In this document: positions 1-10,290 of the stretch, in pieces
Position numbering within the stretch: the first letter of the stretch is position 1
How the letters are laid out: every line of letters begins with the position of its first letter
Assembly: GCA_051892935.1 (NCBI GenBank)
Contig: JBJFGS010000018.1
Coordinates: 1-64,000 of the forward strand
Length of the DNA: 64,000 nucleotides
Source of the DNA: Candidatus Coprovivens sp.
GTDB lineage: Bacteria > Bacillota_I > Bacilli_A > RF39 > UBA660
Direction: 5' to 3'
Notes under the pieces: generated by a model
What the model was told of the DNA's origin: nothing
The model's input: only the letters and a program-made list of their open reading frames with translations
Database searches by the model: none
Position numbers and translations under genes: made by a program

Positions 1-107
1 CTTTACCGATGTTTGTTATAATAACAAAAAACAAAAAGAAATCAAATTTTGAAAAGTGAAATCTTTATGTTCAACATTATACGTGATATAATTTATATGG
101 TGATACT

Positions 108-824
108 ATGAGAATAACAACAATCATTATTTTAGTTCTAATTCTTTTAATAATTATATCTTCTGTATGCGTATATTTTTTCTTCAAAGAAAAAATAACT
201 AGATTATCTATGAAAGTATTTGGTACAAAAGATATTATGGAAGGATTTAAAAATCAAGAATTAGAATATCAAAATACTCCTAAATCTGTTTCTAGTTTAG
301 ATTCAGTACTAAAACCCCGTATCATAAAAGACTTTCCAACTATTAACATTGAAGAATTAAAATCTATTGTTGAAAATACTATTACTTTATTATATAAGTC
401 AATAGAAGAAAATAAGTTAAGAGAAACTACTAACATAACTTATAATTTAAAAACTAAAATACAATCTATTATTGAAAAATATAATAAAAATAATATTAAA
501 ATAAGTAATATGAGAATTCACCAAACTGTAATTAATTCATACAATAACAGAAATGGTTCATGTACTATAACATTTCAAACATCTTTAGAATATATAAAAG
601 AAGAGAAAAAGAATAGAATAAAAGTTCAAGAAAGACTTAATACTGATTTAATATATATTTATGATGAAGAAGAAATAAAAGATACATATGGAGTAAGTTT
701 AAATTGTCCAAACTGTGGAGCACCAATTAAAAACTTAGGTACTAAGTTTTGTAGTTATTGCGGAACAGGAATAATAGAAAATAACCAAAAAGTATGGAAA
801 ATTAACGATATATACAAAAAGTAA
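108..824 (+). CDS. Membrane-anchored Tim44-like domain protein with C-terminal zinc ribbon
   Basis: N-terminal TM; C-terminal CPNCGAP...CSYCG followed by WKI; same layout as 42250 and 42911. Confidence 0.6.
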   Translation: MRITTIIILVLILLIIISSVCVYFFFKEKITRLSMKVFGTKDIMEGFKNQELEYQNTPKSVSSLDSVLKPRIIKDFPTINIEELKSIVENTITLLYKSIEENKLRETTNITYNLKTKIQSIIEKYNKNNIKISNMRIHQTVINSYNNRNGSCTITFQTSLEYIKEEKKNRIKVQERLNTDLIYIYDEEEIKDTYGVSLNCPNCGAPIKNLGTKFCSYCGTGIIENNQKVWKINDIYKK

Positions 825-843
825 AGATTATAACCCATAATCT

Positions 844-1269
844 TTACTTTTCTTTTTCTTGCAATTCTTTAATCTTTTTAATATCAGAAGTATACATTGA
901 ATCAAATAACAATGAACTACCAATCATAATAGAACATATAATCATAAACAAAGGAATATTCTTTTCTGTAAAAAAAGCAACAATTAATAATAAAAAACCT
1001 AAATTTTGTGTTATATTCTTAGCAATCTTCCATATTTTTAAAAATTGTCTTAATTCCATTAAAGAAGGATTATCATAATCTTCACTACTTACTTTAAAGT
1101 TCTTCATATTTTTTAAATCATAAACACTAATATAAACCCAAAAGCAAATCAAATAAATACTTAAAATAAAATAAGCATCTATTTTAGTTAAATAAAAGAA
1201 AAAAACTAATACTACAAAAATTAATAAACCAGTTAAAAAAGATTTCATTCTATCAGATAAATTATTCAT
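844..1269 (-). CDS. Hypothetical 4-TM membrane protein
   Basis: ORF with four hydrophobic segments; GGGTGA SD before ATG at 1269. Confidence 0.6.
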   Translation of the reverse strand: MNNLSDRMKSFLTGLLIFVVLVFFFYLTKIDAYFILSIYLICFWVYISVYDLKNMKNFKVSSEDYDNPSLMELRQFLKIWKIAKNITQNLGFLLLIVAFFTEKNIPLFMIICSIMIGSSLLFDSMYTSDIKKIKELQEKEK

Positions 1270-1334
1270 ATATATCACCCATTAATATAGAATACCACAA
1301 AATACCAAGTATTTAAATAATAGTAATTTCTTTG

Positions 1335-1362
1335 TTCTAAAAAAAGTATTCATACATAGTAT
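1335..1362 (+). promoter_or_regulatory. Putative sigmaE-type promoter of spoIVA
   Basis: TTCTAA-14 bp-CATAGTAT; spoIVA is sigmaE-dependent in Bacillus. Confidence 0.5.
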
Positions 1363-1388
1363 TAATTAGAAATGATAGGGGTGTTATA

Positions 1389-2867
1389 TTGAAAGATAAC
1401 AAAATATTAGAATCTATTTCTAAAAGAGGTAATGGTGAGATATATCTTGGTGTAGTAGGAGCGGTACGTACAGGTAAATCGACATTTATCAAAAGATTTA
1501 TTGAAAACCTAGTAGTTCCTCATATCACAGATGAATACGAAAAAAAACACTGTTTAGATGAAATACCACAAAGTGCCCAAGGTAAAACTATTATGACTAC
1601 AGAGCCTAAATTTGTTCCAAGTAACGGAGCAAAAATTCAAGTAGAAGAATTTACTACAAATATAAAACTAATTGATTGTGTTGGTTATGTCATCCCTGGC
1701 TCGAATGGTTACGAAGATGAATTTGGTAATCCTCGTATGGTTTTAACACCTTGGTTTAAAGAACCTGTTGATTTTGTAACAGCCGCCGAAATAGGAACAG
1801 AAAAAGTAATAAGAGATCATTCGACAATAGGTATTGTTGTAACATCTGATGGCTCATTTGGTGAAATAAAAAGAGAAAACTATATTGAGGCTGAACAAAA
1901 AGTTATTAATGAATTAAAAACAATTAATAAACCATTTATCGTTGTACTAAATACCTCACATCCAGAATCAGAACAAACTAAAAATTTAGCTCAACAATTA
2001 ACTAAAGAACACAATGTACCAGTTCTTCCTATAAGTGTTGAAAGAATGAGTGAATACGAAATATACGATGTCTTAAAAGCAGCTTTATATGAATTCCCAG
2101 TAGTTAATATAGATATTAGATTACCAGAATGGGTTCACATTTTAAATAACGAACATAAAGTAAAAGAAGAATACCTTTCCAAAATAAGAACAAGTACCCT
2201 AAGTGTTAACAAATTAAAAGATGTAGATGAAATACTAGAATATTTTAAAGATAGTAAATATATTAGTAAAGCATACATAAGCAATGTTGATACTTCAACA
2301 GGTATAGTAAATATAAATCTAGATAGTGATGAAGAACTATATCAAGAAGTCCTAAATGAAATGATGGGCGAATCAGTAAAAACGAAAGCGGGAATGTTAA
2401 AAATATTTGCTTCCTATAAAGATTCAAAAGAAGAAACTGAGATAATAAAAACCGCTATTAAAACAGCTAAACAAACAGGTTATGGAATTGTCTATCCGAC
2501 TTTAAAAGATATGCAACTTGCGACTCCACAAATAGTAAAACAGGGCAGTCGTTTTGGGGTAAAACTAAAAGCTACGGCATCTTCATATCACATAATAAAA
2601 GCAGATGTAGTTAGTGTCTTTGAACCAATTATTGGTAGTGAACTTCAAAGTAAAGAACTAATAAATTATTTAATGAAAGATTACGAAACAGATCCAACCA
2701 ATATATGGCGAAGCGAAATTTTCGGTCGAAGTTTAGACATAATAGTAAAAGAGGGAATTCAAGCTAAATTATCAGTTATTCCAGAAAGTACTAGATATAA
2801 ATTATCTCAAACAGTAACAAAAATAGTTAATAAAGGTTCTAATAATCTTATAGCCATAGTTATATAA
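1389..2867 (+). CDS. spoIVA: Stage IV sporulation protein A
   Basis: 492 aa; GEIYLGVVGAVRTGKSTFIKRF, MTTEPKFVP, DCVGY, DHSTIGIVVT motifs; TTG start. Confidence 0.97.
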   Translation: MKDNKILESISKRGNGEIYLGVVGAVRTGKSTFIKRFIENLVVPHITDEYEKKHCLDEIPQSAQGKTIMTTEPKFVPSNGAKIQVEEFTTNIKLIDCVGYVIPGSNGYEDEFGNPRMVLTPWFKEPVDFVTAAEIGTEKVIRDHSTIGIVVTSDGSFGEIKRENYIEAEQKVINELKTINKPFIVVLNTSHPESEQTKNLAQQLTKEHNVPVLPISVERMSEYEIYDVLKAALYEFPVVNIDIRLPEWVHILNNEHKVKEEYLSKIRTSTLSVNKLKDVDEILEYFKDSKYISKAYISNVDTSTGIVNINLDSDEELYQEVLNEMMGESVKTKAGMLKIFASYKDSKEETEIIKTAIKTAKQTGYGIVYPTLKDMQLATPQIVKQGSRFGVKLKATASSYHIIKADVVSVFEPIIGSELQSKELINYLMKDYETDPTNIWRSEIFGRSLDIIVKEGIQAKLSVIPESTRYKLSQTVTKIVNKGSNNLIAIVI

Positions 2868-2928
2868 TTTACTATGGCTTTTTTTGTATTTTTATATTAT
2901 AATTATAATAATAATAGGAGGAATTATA

Positions 2929-4191
2929 ATGAATAATTGTCCAAAATGTGGTAATCCCTTACAAGTAGGAACAACTTCTTGTCCTATTTGTGGTACAAAT
3001 ATAGCAAGTGCAGTTCAACCTGTACAAAATGAAAATGGTAAAACAACAGTAACAGTTGCATCAGTTGCTAAGGCTGTTCCTACTTCAAATGGAGCAAATA
3101 CACCAAATGTTCAACCAACGCAAGTAGCTCCCGTAGTCCAACCAACGCAACCAACTCAACCAGCCCAAACTCAAGTTGTCCAACAGGCAACTACAACTCA
3201 GACTACACAGCCACTTCCAGAGCAACCAGTTGCTTCTCAACCAGTCCAACCAGTAGAAAAGCCAGTAGTTGAACCAATCCAAAATGTTGCTCCAGTTGCA
3301 ACAACAGAGGCTAAGGAACAAGTACTAATTGATCCTAATTCAATTGCTCCAGTCATCCAACCAATAGAAATGTCTAGCCCTGTTCCAAGTATACCTTCAT
3401 CATTAAATGAAAGTAGTACAGTAGTAAATGCTCCTGTTGAAAATAAAAAGAGTAAAGAAACAAAAAAAATAAATAAAAACATCGTTGTAATAGCTGGAAT
3501 ATTAGCGGTTGTTGTAATAGCTGCAGTTCTTATGATGAACATGAAACCAAAGACTAATTTAAATAATAACGCTGCCAACAATAACGCTTCAACAGCTGAA
3601 ATAACAGCCGTTTCAACAAATGGCTACAAGTTTAATCTAGAAAATGGTTGGTTAATTACTGAGGATGGAACAAACGTAATAGTTACTAATAAAGAAGAAA
3701 CAGTAGCAGTTAAACTAAACTATACAAAAAACAACTTAGAAACAATATCAAAATCAACCATTGAAAGTTATTTTGCTAGTCGTACAGATTTTACAAATAC
3801 TGAAGTAATTGATACAACAATTAGTGCTAAACAAACATACTTAGTTAACACTCAAATAAATCAAGCTATGGTTCAAGTATATTATATAAATGGTGGCTCT
3901 AATTTAACGCTTGGTGCAGTAGCAGTATATCAAAGCTCTGATACAAAAGAAAAATATGAAGCAAACGTTACAGAACTTATTGGATCTTTATCATACTCAG
4001 ACGAATCATTAAAAGCAATCAATTCAATGGAAATGTATTCTAACATATTCAATGTGTATAACGGAGTATTCCAATACCAACAACAAAATATACCTATAGT
4101 AGAGGATAACAATAATAATCAACCAGTAGTTGAACAACCTACAGATAATCCAACACAAGAACAACCAACTGTTGAAAATCCAACAGAATAG
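2929..4191 (+). CDS. Zinc-ribbon / Pro-Gln-Thr-rich linker / single-TM protein with extracellular domain
   Basis: CPKCG...CPICG N-terminus, PQT-rich linker, TM IVVIAGILAVVVIAAVLM; AGGAGG SD before ATG 2929. Confidence 0.7.
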   Translation: MNNCPKCGNPLQVGTTSCPICGTNIASAVQPVQNENGKTTVTVASVAKAVPTSNGANTPNVQPTQVAPVVQPTQPTQPAQTQVVQQATTTQTTQPLPEQPVASQPVQPVEKPVVEPIQNVAPVATTEAKEQVLIDPNSIAPVIQPIEMSSPVPSIPSSLNESSTVVNAPVENKKSKETKKINKNIVVIAGILAVVVIAAVLMMNMKPKTNLNNNAANNNASTAEITAVSTNGYKFNLENGWLITEDGTNVIVTNKEETVAVKLNYTKNNLETISKSTIESYFASRTDFTNTEVIDTTISAKQTYLVNTQINQAMVQVYYINGGSNLTLGAVAVYQSSDTKEKYEANVTELIGSLSYSDESLKAINSMEMYSNIFNVYNGVFQYQQQNIPIVEDNNNNQPVVEQPTDNPTQEQPTVENPTE

Positions 4192-4224
4192 AAAACATTA
4201 GTAATAAAAAACTAATGTTTTTTT
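4192..4224 (+). terminator. Intrinsic terminator
   Basis: AAAACATTAGT/ACTAATGTTTT stem plus T tract. Confidence 0.7.
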
Positions 4225-4350
4225 GTAAAAATAAGCTTTTTTATAAGAAAATAAGCGTTTTATCTTGATTTAAATTTGTATTTTTGATATTTTTAATATG
4301 TAAGGGTAATACCTTACGAATAAAACAATTTTTATTGGGAGGTAAAGATT

Positions 4351-4623
4351 ATGGGAAAACAAGAATTAGTAGAATTTATCGCAGCTAAAGCTGGTTTAAC
4401 AAAAGCTGACGCAACTCGTGCACTAGACGCTGCATTAGAAGGAATTACAACTGGTCTTAAAAAAGAAGGCAAAGTTGCATTAGTTGGTTTCGGAACATTC
4501 AGTGCTAAGACTAGAGCTGCTAGAGAAGGAATCAATCCTTTAACTAAAGAAGCTATTAAAATCCCAGCTAAGACTGTTGCTTCATTCAAAGCTGGAAGCA
4601 AATTAAAAGCTGCAATTAACTAA
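4351..4623 (+). CDS. hup: DNA-binding protein HU
   Basis: 90 aa; GFGTFS, REGINPLTKEAIKIPA, FKAGSKLK; near spoIVA as in Bacillus. Confidence 0.97.
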   Translation: MGKQELVEFIAAKAGLTKADATRALDAALEGITTGLKKEGKVALVGFGTFSAKTRAAREGINPLTKEAIKIPAKTVASFKAGSKLKAAIN

Positions 4624-4718
4624 TCTAGTTAAATTATAAAAAAAGTCATAAATTGATTAATAATTTATGGCTTTTTTTTGCAAAGTTTATTATACTAATA
4701 TAGTAGGAGATTGATAGT

Positions 4719-5828
4719 ATGGCTAAACGAAAAAATAAAGAATTAAACATAAATATTATAATATTAATCATCTGTATATTATTCTTAACAATTGCAATTT
4801 TTATTAAAGAATCAACTCCAATAAGACCAATCTTATGGATTACAGCGATAATAATGCTTTCAATGAATATTGGTATAAAAAACAAATTTAAAATAACAAG
4901 TACTATTTTTTTTATCATAACATTCTTTTGCATTTCCATAATAACAGATGGAATAATAGTATATACATTTAAAAGATTACCTGTTTTCTCATATAATATT
5001 ATAAATACTGAAAATTCTCGAGTATATCATTCCATTGGAATGAGAGTATGGCAATGTGATAAAAACAACTACGATAATTTAATAGTTGATCCATTCTATA
5101 AAAATGGATATATGTGTAATGCTTTAGATATAACAGCCATTGAATCAAACTCTTTTCTAAATTCAGTAGTAGAAAACCATTCTGAATACCATAATAAATA
5201 CATTAAAATAAGGGGAAAAATAAGTAAAAAATCTGGTCAGAACTTAATTGAAATGCGTCCATACACTGAAACAAATAATAGTATCAATGGTTATGTAGAA
5301 TTTGCTGATAATATTACACTAAGAATAATATTCAATAATTCAGAACCTGAATTAGATAATTATGATATATATGATGAAATAACAGTAGTAGGTCTCATAA
5401 AAAATATTGAAAACAACAATAGTAAATATATAATATATATGTATGATAGTAAAGTAGTAAGTACCATTAACTTAAATGAATATGCTATTACAATAACCTC
5501 ATCAAAAAAATGCCAAAACGATCCTGTATTAATAAGTAGTAATGATAACAATGATATATATACATACTGCATAGATGATGCAATAGTATCTTATCCAGAT
5601 AACAAATACGAACTACCTCAAGCTCTATCATCAAATAAAATTACAATAGAAGATATATATAGTAATAGTAATAAAGAAGAAAAAAACCCTGAAAATAATA
5701 GCATAATATATCGCTTCGATGATTATAGTGTTCTTGTTTGTGACAATTCACTTAGTAAAGACATATATATAGCTAATAAAAAATTATCTTTTTTAGATAT
5801 TACATGTAAACCTAAAGTAGAAGAATAA
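4719..5828 (+). CDS. Hypothetical membrane protein with extracellular (possibly OB-fold, tRNA_anti-like) domain
   Basis: 3 N-terminal TMs; YHNKYIKIRGKI...DEITVVGLI pattern; several Cys pairs. Confidence 0.5.
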   Translation: MAKRKNKELNINIIILIICILFLTIAIFIKESTPIRPILWITAIIMLSMNIGIKNKFKITSTIFFIITFFCISIITDGIIVYTFKRLPVFSYNIINTENSRVYHSIGMRVWQCDKNNYDNLIVDPFYKNGYMCNALDITAIESNSFLNSVVENHSEYHNKYIKIRGKISKKSGQNLIEMRPYTETNNSINGYVEFADNITLRIIFNNSEPELDNYDIYDEITVVGLIKNIENNNSKYIIYMYDSKVVSTINLNEYAITITSSKKCQNDPVLISSNDNNDIYTYCIDDAIVSYPDNKYELPQALSSNKITIEDIYSNSNKEEKNPENNSIIYRFDDYSVLVCDNSLSKDIYIANKKLSFLDITCKPKVEE

Positions 5829-5896
5829 CTTCTACTTTTTCTTTTTCTTGTAAAAAAACATCAAATTATTTATACTATAAATTACGGGTGGTTAAA

Positions 5897-6568
5897 ATGA
5901 AAAAAAATATTGAAAAAATATATAATATAAGTTCTTCAATATTATATATTACATACATAACAATAGCTCTAATCCTTTACTTAAAATTACCTAAATACAA
6001 TATATTTTTCCCTGGATGGTGGACATTAATTCTAATAATACCTTCACTAGGAAATCTCTTATTTCAAAATAATAAAGGATTTTGCTTATATACTCTAATA
6101 ACGGGAATACTACTATTATTAAGTAGTAACAGTATTATTACATATAATAAATGTTTTACTATTTTAATTTGTCTTGCTATAATATTTATAGGTATTGATA
6201 TAATAATTGTAACATTAAGAATACCTGAAAAGAAAAAAAGTAATACCAAATATATTCCATTTTATTATGCTTTTTTTGGCTCAACAGATGAAAAAGTAGA
6301 GTCTAAGTTTTCGGGAGGCTATACTAAACTAGTATTTGGTCATCTGAGTTTAGATTTAAGTTCAGCCAAAATAGAAAAAAATTCTACATTAAAAGTATTA
6401 AGTGTTTTTGGTGAAACAGAAATAATTCTACCTTCAAATATTGAAGCAATAACAACTAATACCAATATATTAGGTGGAACAGAAAACCTAAAAAAATCAT
6501 CATCTAAAAAAAGTAATAATATATACATCGAATCAATTAGTATATTAGGTAATACCAAAATTAAGTAA
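5897..6568 (+). CDS. LiaF/DUF2154-like cell-wall-active antibiotic response membrane protein
   Basis: FFPGWWTLILIIP TM region; C-terminal AFFG..FGHLSLDLS..VFGETEIILP..ILGG repeats. Confidence 0.75.
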   Translation: MKKNIEKIYNISSSILYITYITIALILYLKLPKYNIFFPGWWTLILIIPSLGNLLFQNNKGFCLYTLITGILLLLSSNSIITYNKCFTILICLAIIFIGIDIIIVTLRIPEKKKSNTKYIPFYYAFFGSTDEKVESKFSGGYTKLVFGHLSLDLSSAKIEKNSTLKVLSVFGETEIILPSNIEAITTNTNILGGTENLKKSSSKKSNNIYIESISILGNTKIK

Positions 6569-6579
6569 GGAATGATAAT

Positions 6580-7521
6580 ATGGCTAAAGAAGAAACAAAA
6601 AAAACAACTACAAAGAAGTCTCCATCTAAGAAAAAAGTTACTCCTAAAAAAACTAAAAAAGATACTCCAGTATCTGAAACAAAAAAAACTAAAAAAGTAA
6701 CTAAAAAAAATCCTAAAGAAACAAAAGTAGTTCAGGAAGAAAATAATTATACTCGTACACTTATTGCTGCTATTTTAATTGCTTTTATCTTCTTTGGTGG
6801 CTACTTAGCCATTCAGTATAAAACAAATGGTGGTTTAGGTGAAAACAAAGAATACGTTCCAACTAGGGAAGAAAAAACATTTAAAGAAGATTATGAGAGT
6901 CTAAATGGTACTACTTCAGTTGATGGCATCAAATTTTCTAAAGTATCAATTATAAATGATAATAACATCAAATACATATCAATGGATGAAGCTTTAGAAA
7001 TAATTGATTCAAAATCAGGAGTTATTTACTTTGGATATGCCTCTTGCCCATATAGTAGAAGCGCTGTACCAGTACTATTAGATGCAATGTCATCTTCTAC
7101 ATTAGACACAATCTACTACGTAAACTTAAGACCAAAAGAAGTAGGAAACTTATCTGGTACAGGCCAAAAAGAAAATGACTTAAGAGATACTTATACCCTT
7201 AACGCTAAAAATAAAGCAAAAAGAACAAAAGAAGCAGCAAGTGATTCATACTATGAAATTTTAACATCATTAGCAAATTACCTAGATGACTATATTTTAG
7301 TTACTGAAAAAGGTAAAAAAGTATCAACTGGTGAAAAGAGATTAAATACTCCAACAGTCATTTCAGTTGTAAATGGTGAAATAGTAGGATATCATGAAGG
7401 AACAGTAGATTCTCAAAAAGAAAACGAAAAAGGTGAACTTGAAGAACTAAGTAAAGATGAAGAAAAAGAATTACTAAATGAATATACAAAAATTATTTCA
7501 GCATATTTAAAAAACAAATAA
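6580..7521 (+). CDS. Membrane-anchored thioredoxin-fold protein (bacteriocin transport accessory-like), CxxS variant
   Basis: Lys-rich N-tail, TM, VIYFGYASCPYSR, IYYVN, TPTVISVVNGEIVG. Confidence 0.7.
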   Translation: MAKEETKKTTTKKSPSKKKVTPKKTKKDTPVSETKKTKKVTKKNPKETKVVQEENNYTRTLIAAILIAFIFFGGYLAIQYKTNGGLGENKEYVPTREEKTFKEDYESLNGTTSVDGIKFSKVSIINDNNIKYISMDEALEIIDSKSGVIYFGYASCPYSRSAVPVLLDAMSSSTLDTIYYVNLRPKEVGNLSGTGQKENDLRDTYTLNAKNKAKRTKEAASDSYYEILTSLANYLDDYILVTEKGKKVSTGEKRLNTPTVISVVNGEIVGYHEGTVDSQKENEKGELEELSKDEEKELLNEYTKIISAYLKNK

Positions 7522-7542
7522 AGGACCAAAAAGTCCTTTTTT
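7521..7542 (+). terminator. Intrinsic terminator
   Basis: AAGGAC/GTCCTT stem plus T tract. Confidence 0.65.
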
Positions 7543-7691
7543 ATTGCTAAAAAATAAAATAAAACGTATAATATAGTGTATTCACAATTAAGTGAAGGTA
7601 TTAGTCAAAGTAATACCAAACAAGGCGATAAAATAGTTTGGAGGTCAAAGTGAAAAATTATTTCTTGTATATAAAAAGGAGATAATTAAAC

Positions 7692-8912
7692 ATGGAAACA
7701 AATGAACAAGGATTAACAAAAGAAGAAAAAATCATGTTTGGTATTCTCGGTGTAATCCTTATAATTGCCATAGGAGTTTTATTTATCAATTCCTTTTCAG
7801 CAAATGAACGTCAAAAAGAAGATGAAACTCCTATAACAGAAAATAAAGGTCAAGATAAAGTTGAAGATGAAACTAATGCTAATAAACAAGAGCCAAGCTT
7901 AATAGAAGATGAAACTCTTGAAGTTATAAGTAAAAAGCCATCACCTAAACCAACTCAGACTATTGTAAAAAAACCAATTAAAGAAGAAACAACTAAAACA
8001 GAAATACCTGGAATTATAGAATGGTCTTTCAAAGACAATATGATAACAGAAGCTTATAGCAATGAAACTATAATAATAGATAAAAATGTTATTCTAAAAG
8101 ATGGAACAGAAAAAGAAGCTGTAGTAACAATTAGAAAACTAATAGATAATTCTTGGAATATAATTGATATCAGCACAAACGAAATAACAGTAACTGAAGG
8201 GTTATATAAATATTATTATACTTATGGTAATCAAACCAAAGAACTGTTACTTACTGTCAAAAATAAACTAGAATTAGATAAAATAGAATTCTTAACTATT
8301 AAAGAAAACTATGAAGAAGATTACTCTATAACAGAAGAAGAATATAATAAATATCAATATACTTTATTAAATTCTAAAATATTAGATAATACTTATATAA
8401 TAGAGACAATTAAGAATGATAAAACATCAAACATAATTCCAATAGTATTAACTGTAACAGAAGAACTTATTTCTCCAACAATAACAACATCTACATTAGG
8501 AATTATTCCTACTATTGAAAACAATAACTGGTACCAAGAACTAAATAATAAGGAGATAATTCTTTGGATAGACTTAGATATAATAGATTTAACTAATCCA
8601 GAAATAAACATTAATATAAATGGTACAGATTATTATTTCAATCTTTATATAGTTGTTAACACTTCATCAGAAGAATCTACAAATAAAGAAGAAAACGAAG
8701 ATGAAAAAATAGATGAAGAAGAAATAGAAGAAAAAATAAAAGATGATCAAAGTGAAGAAAAAGAACAACCTTCACAAGACGAAGAAAATATAATAGATGA
8801 TAATACAATAGAAGAAAATTCATTAATTGAAAACAATCAAAATACAAATGAAAATATAGAAAGTTTAGAACCCCTCAACGATATCACAATATCTCGGATA
8901 AATATCGGATAA
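7692..8912 (+). CDS. Hypothetical single-TM protein with acidic linkers and beta-rich extracellular domain
   Basis: N-terminal TM; AAGGAG SD; acidic C-tail. Confidence 0.6.
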   Translation: METNEQGLTKEEKIMFGILGVILIIAIGVLFINSFSANERQKEDETPITENKGQDKVEDETNANKQEPSLIEDETLEVISKKPSPKPTQTIVKKPIKEETTKTEIPGIIEWSFKDNMITEAYSNETIIIDKNVILKDGTEKEAVVTIRKLIDNSWNIIDISTNEITVTEGLYKYYYTYGNQTKELLLTVKNKLELDKIEFLTIKENYEEDYSITEEEYNKYQYTLLNSKILDNTYIIETIKNDKTSNIIPIVLTVTEELISPTITTSTLGIIPTIENNNWYQELNNKEIILWIDLDIIDLTNPEINININGTDYYFNLYIVVNTSSEESTNKEENEDEKIDEEEIEEKIKDDQSEEKEQPSQDEENIIDDNTIEENSLIENNQNTNENIESLEPLNDITISRINIG

Positions 8913-8925
8913 GATTGACCTATAG

Positions 8926-8950
8926 AGCATGAAAAGACATGCTTTTTTTT
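8926..8950 (+). terminator. Intrinsic terminator
   Basis: AGCATG/CATGCT stem plus T8. Confidence 0.7.
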
Positions 8951-9003
8951 CTTGGAAAAAAACATACTATAGTTTATAATACTAAATGAAAGAAGGTGGA
9001 ATT

Positions 9004-10290
9004 ATGACAATGATATCACTACTACCAGCAGATACATATACTGTAGTAAATAAATCAATCATAACTGAAGATGATAAAAAAAACATAATTTCACTATATG
9101 AACCAATTATAGGACCTCTAGCAGTATGCTTATATTTTACTTTAATAAGAGACTTAAGTATTTTAGAAATAATTAGTAAAGACTATACTCATCATCATTT
9201 AATGACTATGATGAAAAGTAGTATTGACACAATAAGACAAGCTAGAGAATCTCTAGAAGGAGTAGGACTTCTAAAATCTTATTATAAAGAAGGAGAACCT
9301 AATTCCTATGTATATGAACTATATTCTCCATTAAGTCCTAAAGAATTCTTATCATCTCCAATATTTAATGTAACCCTATATAATAACGTAGGTAAAACAG
9401 AATATGAGCAAATAAAAAGCGAATATGAACTACCTAAAATAGACTTAAAAGATTATCAAGATATAACATCATCCTTAAATAAGACATATCGTTCAACATC
9501 AATAAACGAAATAATAGATGCTAAAGAAAAGAATAATTTAAATATAAAATTAGATTCAAATATAGATTTTGATTTATTAATTTCAAGTTTACCAAAAGGT
9601 CTTATAAAAGAATCAATTTTCACTAAAAAGACCAAAGAATTAATAGAACAATTATCTTTTATATATGATATAGATACATTAAAAATGGTTGAAATAATCC
9701 GTACTGTAATAACAGAAAAAGGAACAATTGATAAAGAAGAATTACGTAAAACAACTAGAAAGTATTATCAATACAACAACAATGGAAAATTACCAACACT
9801 AGTATATAGAACACAACCAGAATACTTAAAAACGCCAGAGGGAGATAACTCACCCCTAGCTCGCATAACATATATGTTTGAAAACACAACACCATATGAT
9901 TTTTTAAAAATCAAAAATAAAGGAGCTAATCCGACATCACGTGATTTAAGACTACTAGAAACTTTACTAGTAGACTTAAATCTTCAACCGGCTGTTGTAA
10001 ATGTATTAATAGATTATGTTCTAAAAAAGAATAACAACAAATTAAATCAATCATTCGTTGAAACCATTGCTGGTCAATGGAAAAGATGCGGCATAGAAAC
10101 AGCCCAAGAAGCAATGGAACTAGCTAAAAAAGAAAATACTAAATATAATAAAAAAATAGATAGCAAAAAAACCAAAACGACATCAAATAAAGATGAAGTT
10201 CCAGTATGGTTCAATCAAGAAATTGAAAAAGAAGAAATGACCCAAGAAGAACTAGCAGAAATGGAGGCCTTATTAAGTGAATTCAGATAA
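9004..10290 (+). CDS. dnaB: Helicase loader / replication initiation and membrane attachment protein DnaB (Bacillus type)
   Basis: LYEPIIG, LEGVGLLKSY, PAVVNVLIDYVL, FVETIAGQW, VPVWF motifs; overlaps dnaI. Confidence 0.93.
   Translation: MTMISLLPADTYTVVNKSIITEDDKKNIISLYEPIIGPLAVCLYFTLIRDLSILEIISKDYTHHHLMTMMKSSIDTIRQARESLEGVGLLKSYYKEGEPNSYVYELYSPLSPKEFLSSPIFNVTLYNNVGKTEYEQIKSEYELPKIDLKDYQDITSSLNKTYRSTSINEIIDAKEKNNLNIKLDSNIDFDLLISSLPKGLIKESIFTKKTKELIEQLSFIYDIDTLKMVEIIRTVITEKGTIDKEELRKTTRKYYQYNNNGKLPTLVYRTQPEYLKTPEGDNSPLARITYMFENTTPYDFLKIKNKGANPTSRDLRLLETLLVDLNLQPAVVNVLIDYVLKKNNNKLNQSFVETIAGQWKRCGIETAQEAMELAKKENTKYNKKIDSKKTKTTSNKDEVPVWFNQEIEKEEMTQEELAEMEALLSEFR

Noticed and set aside
3100-3300. 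CAACCA-rich repeats as a possible array
   Set aside because: They encode a Gln/Pro/Thr linker; there is no repeat-spacer periodicity, so not CRISPR
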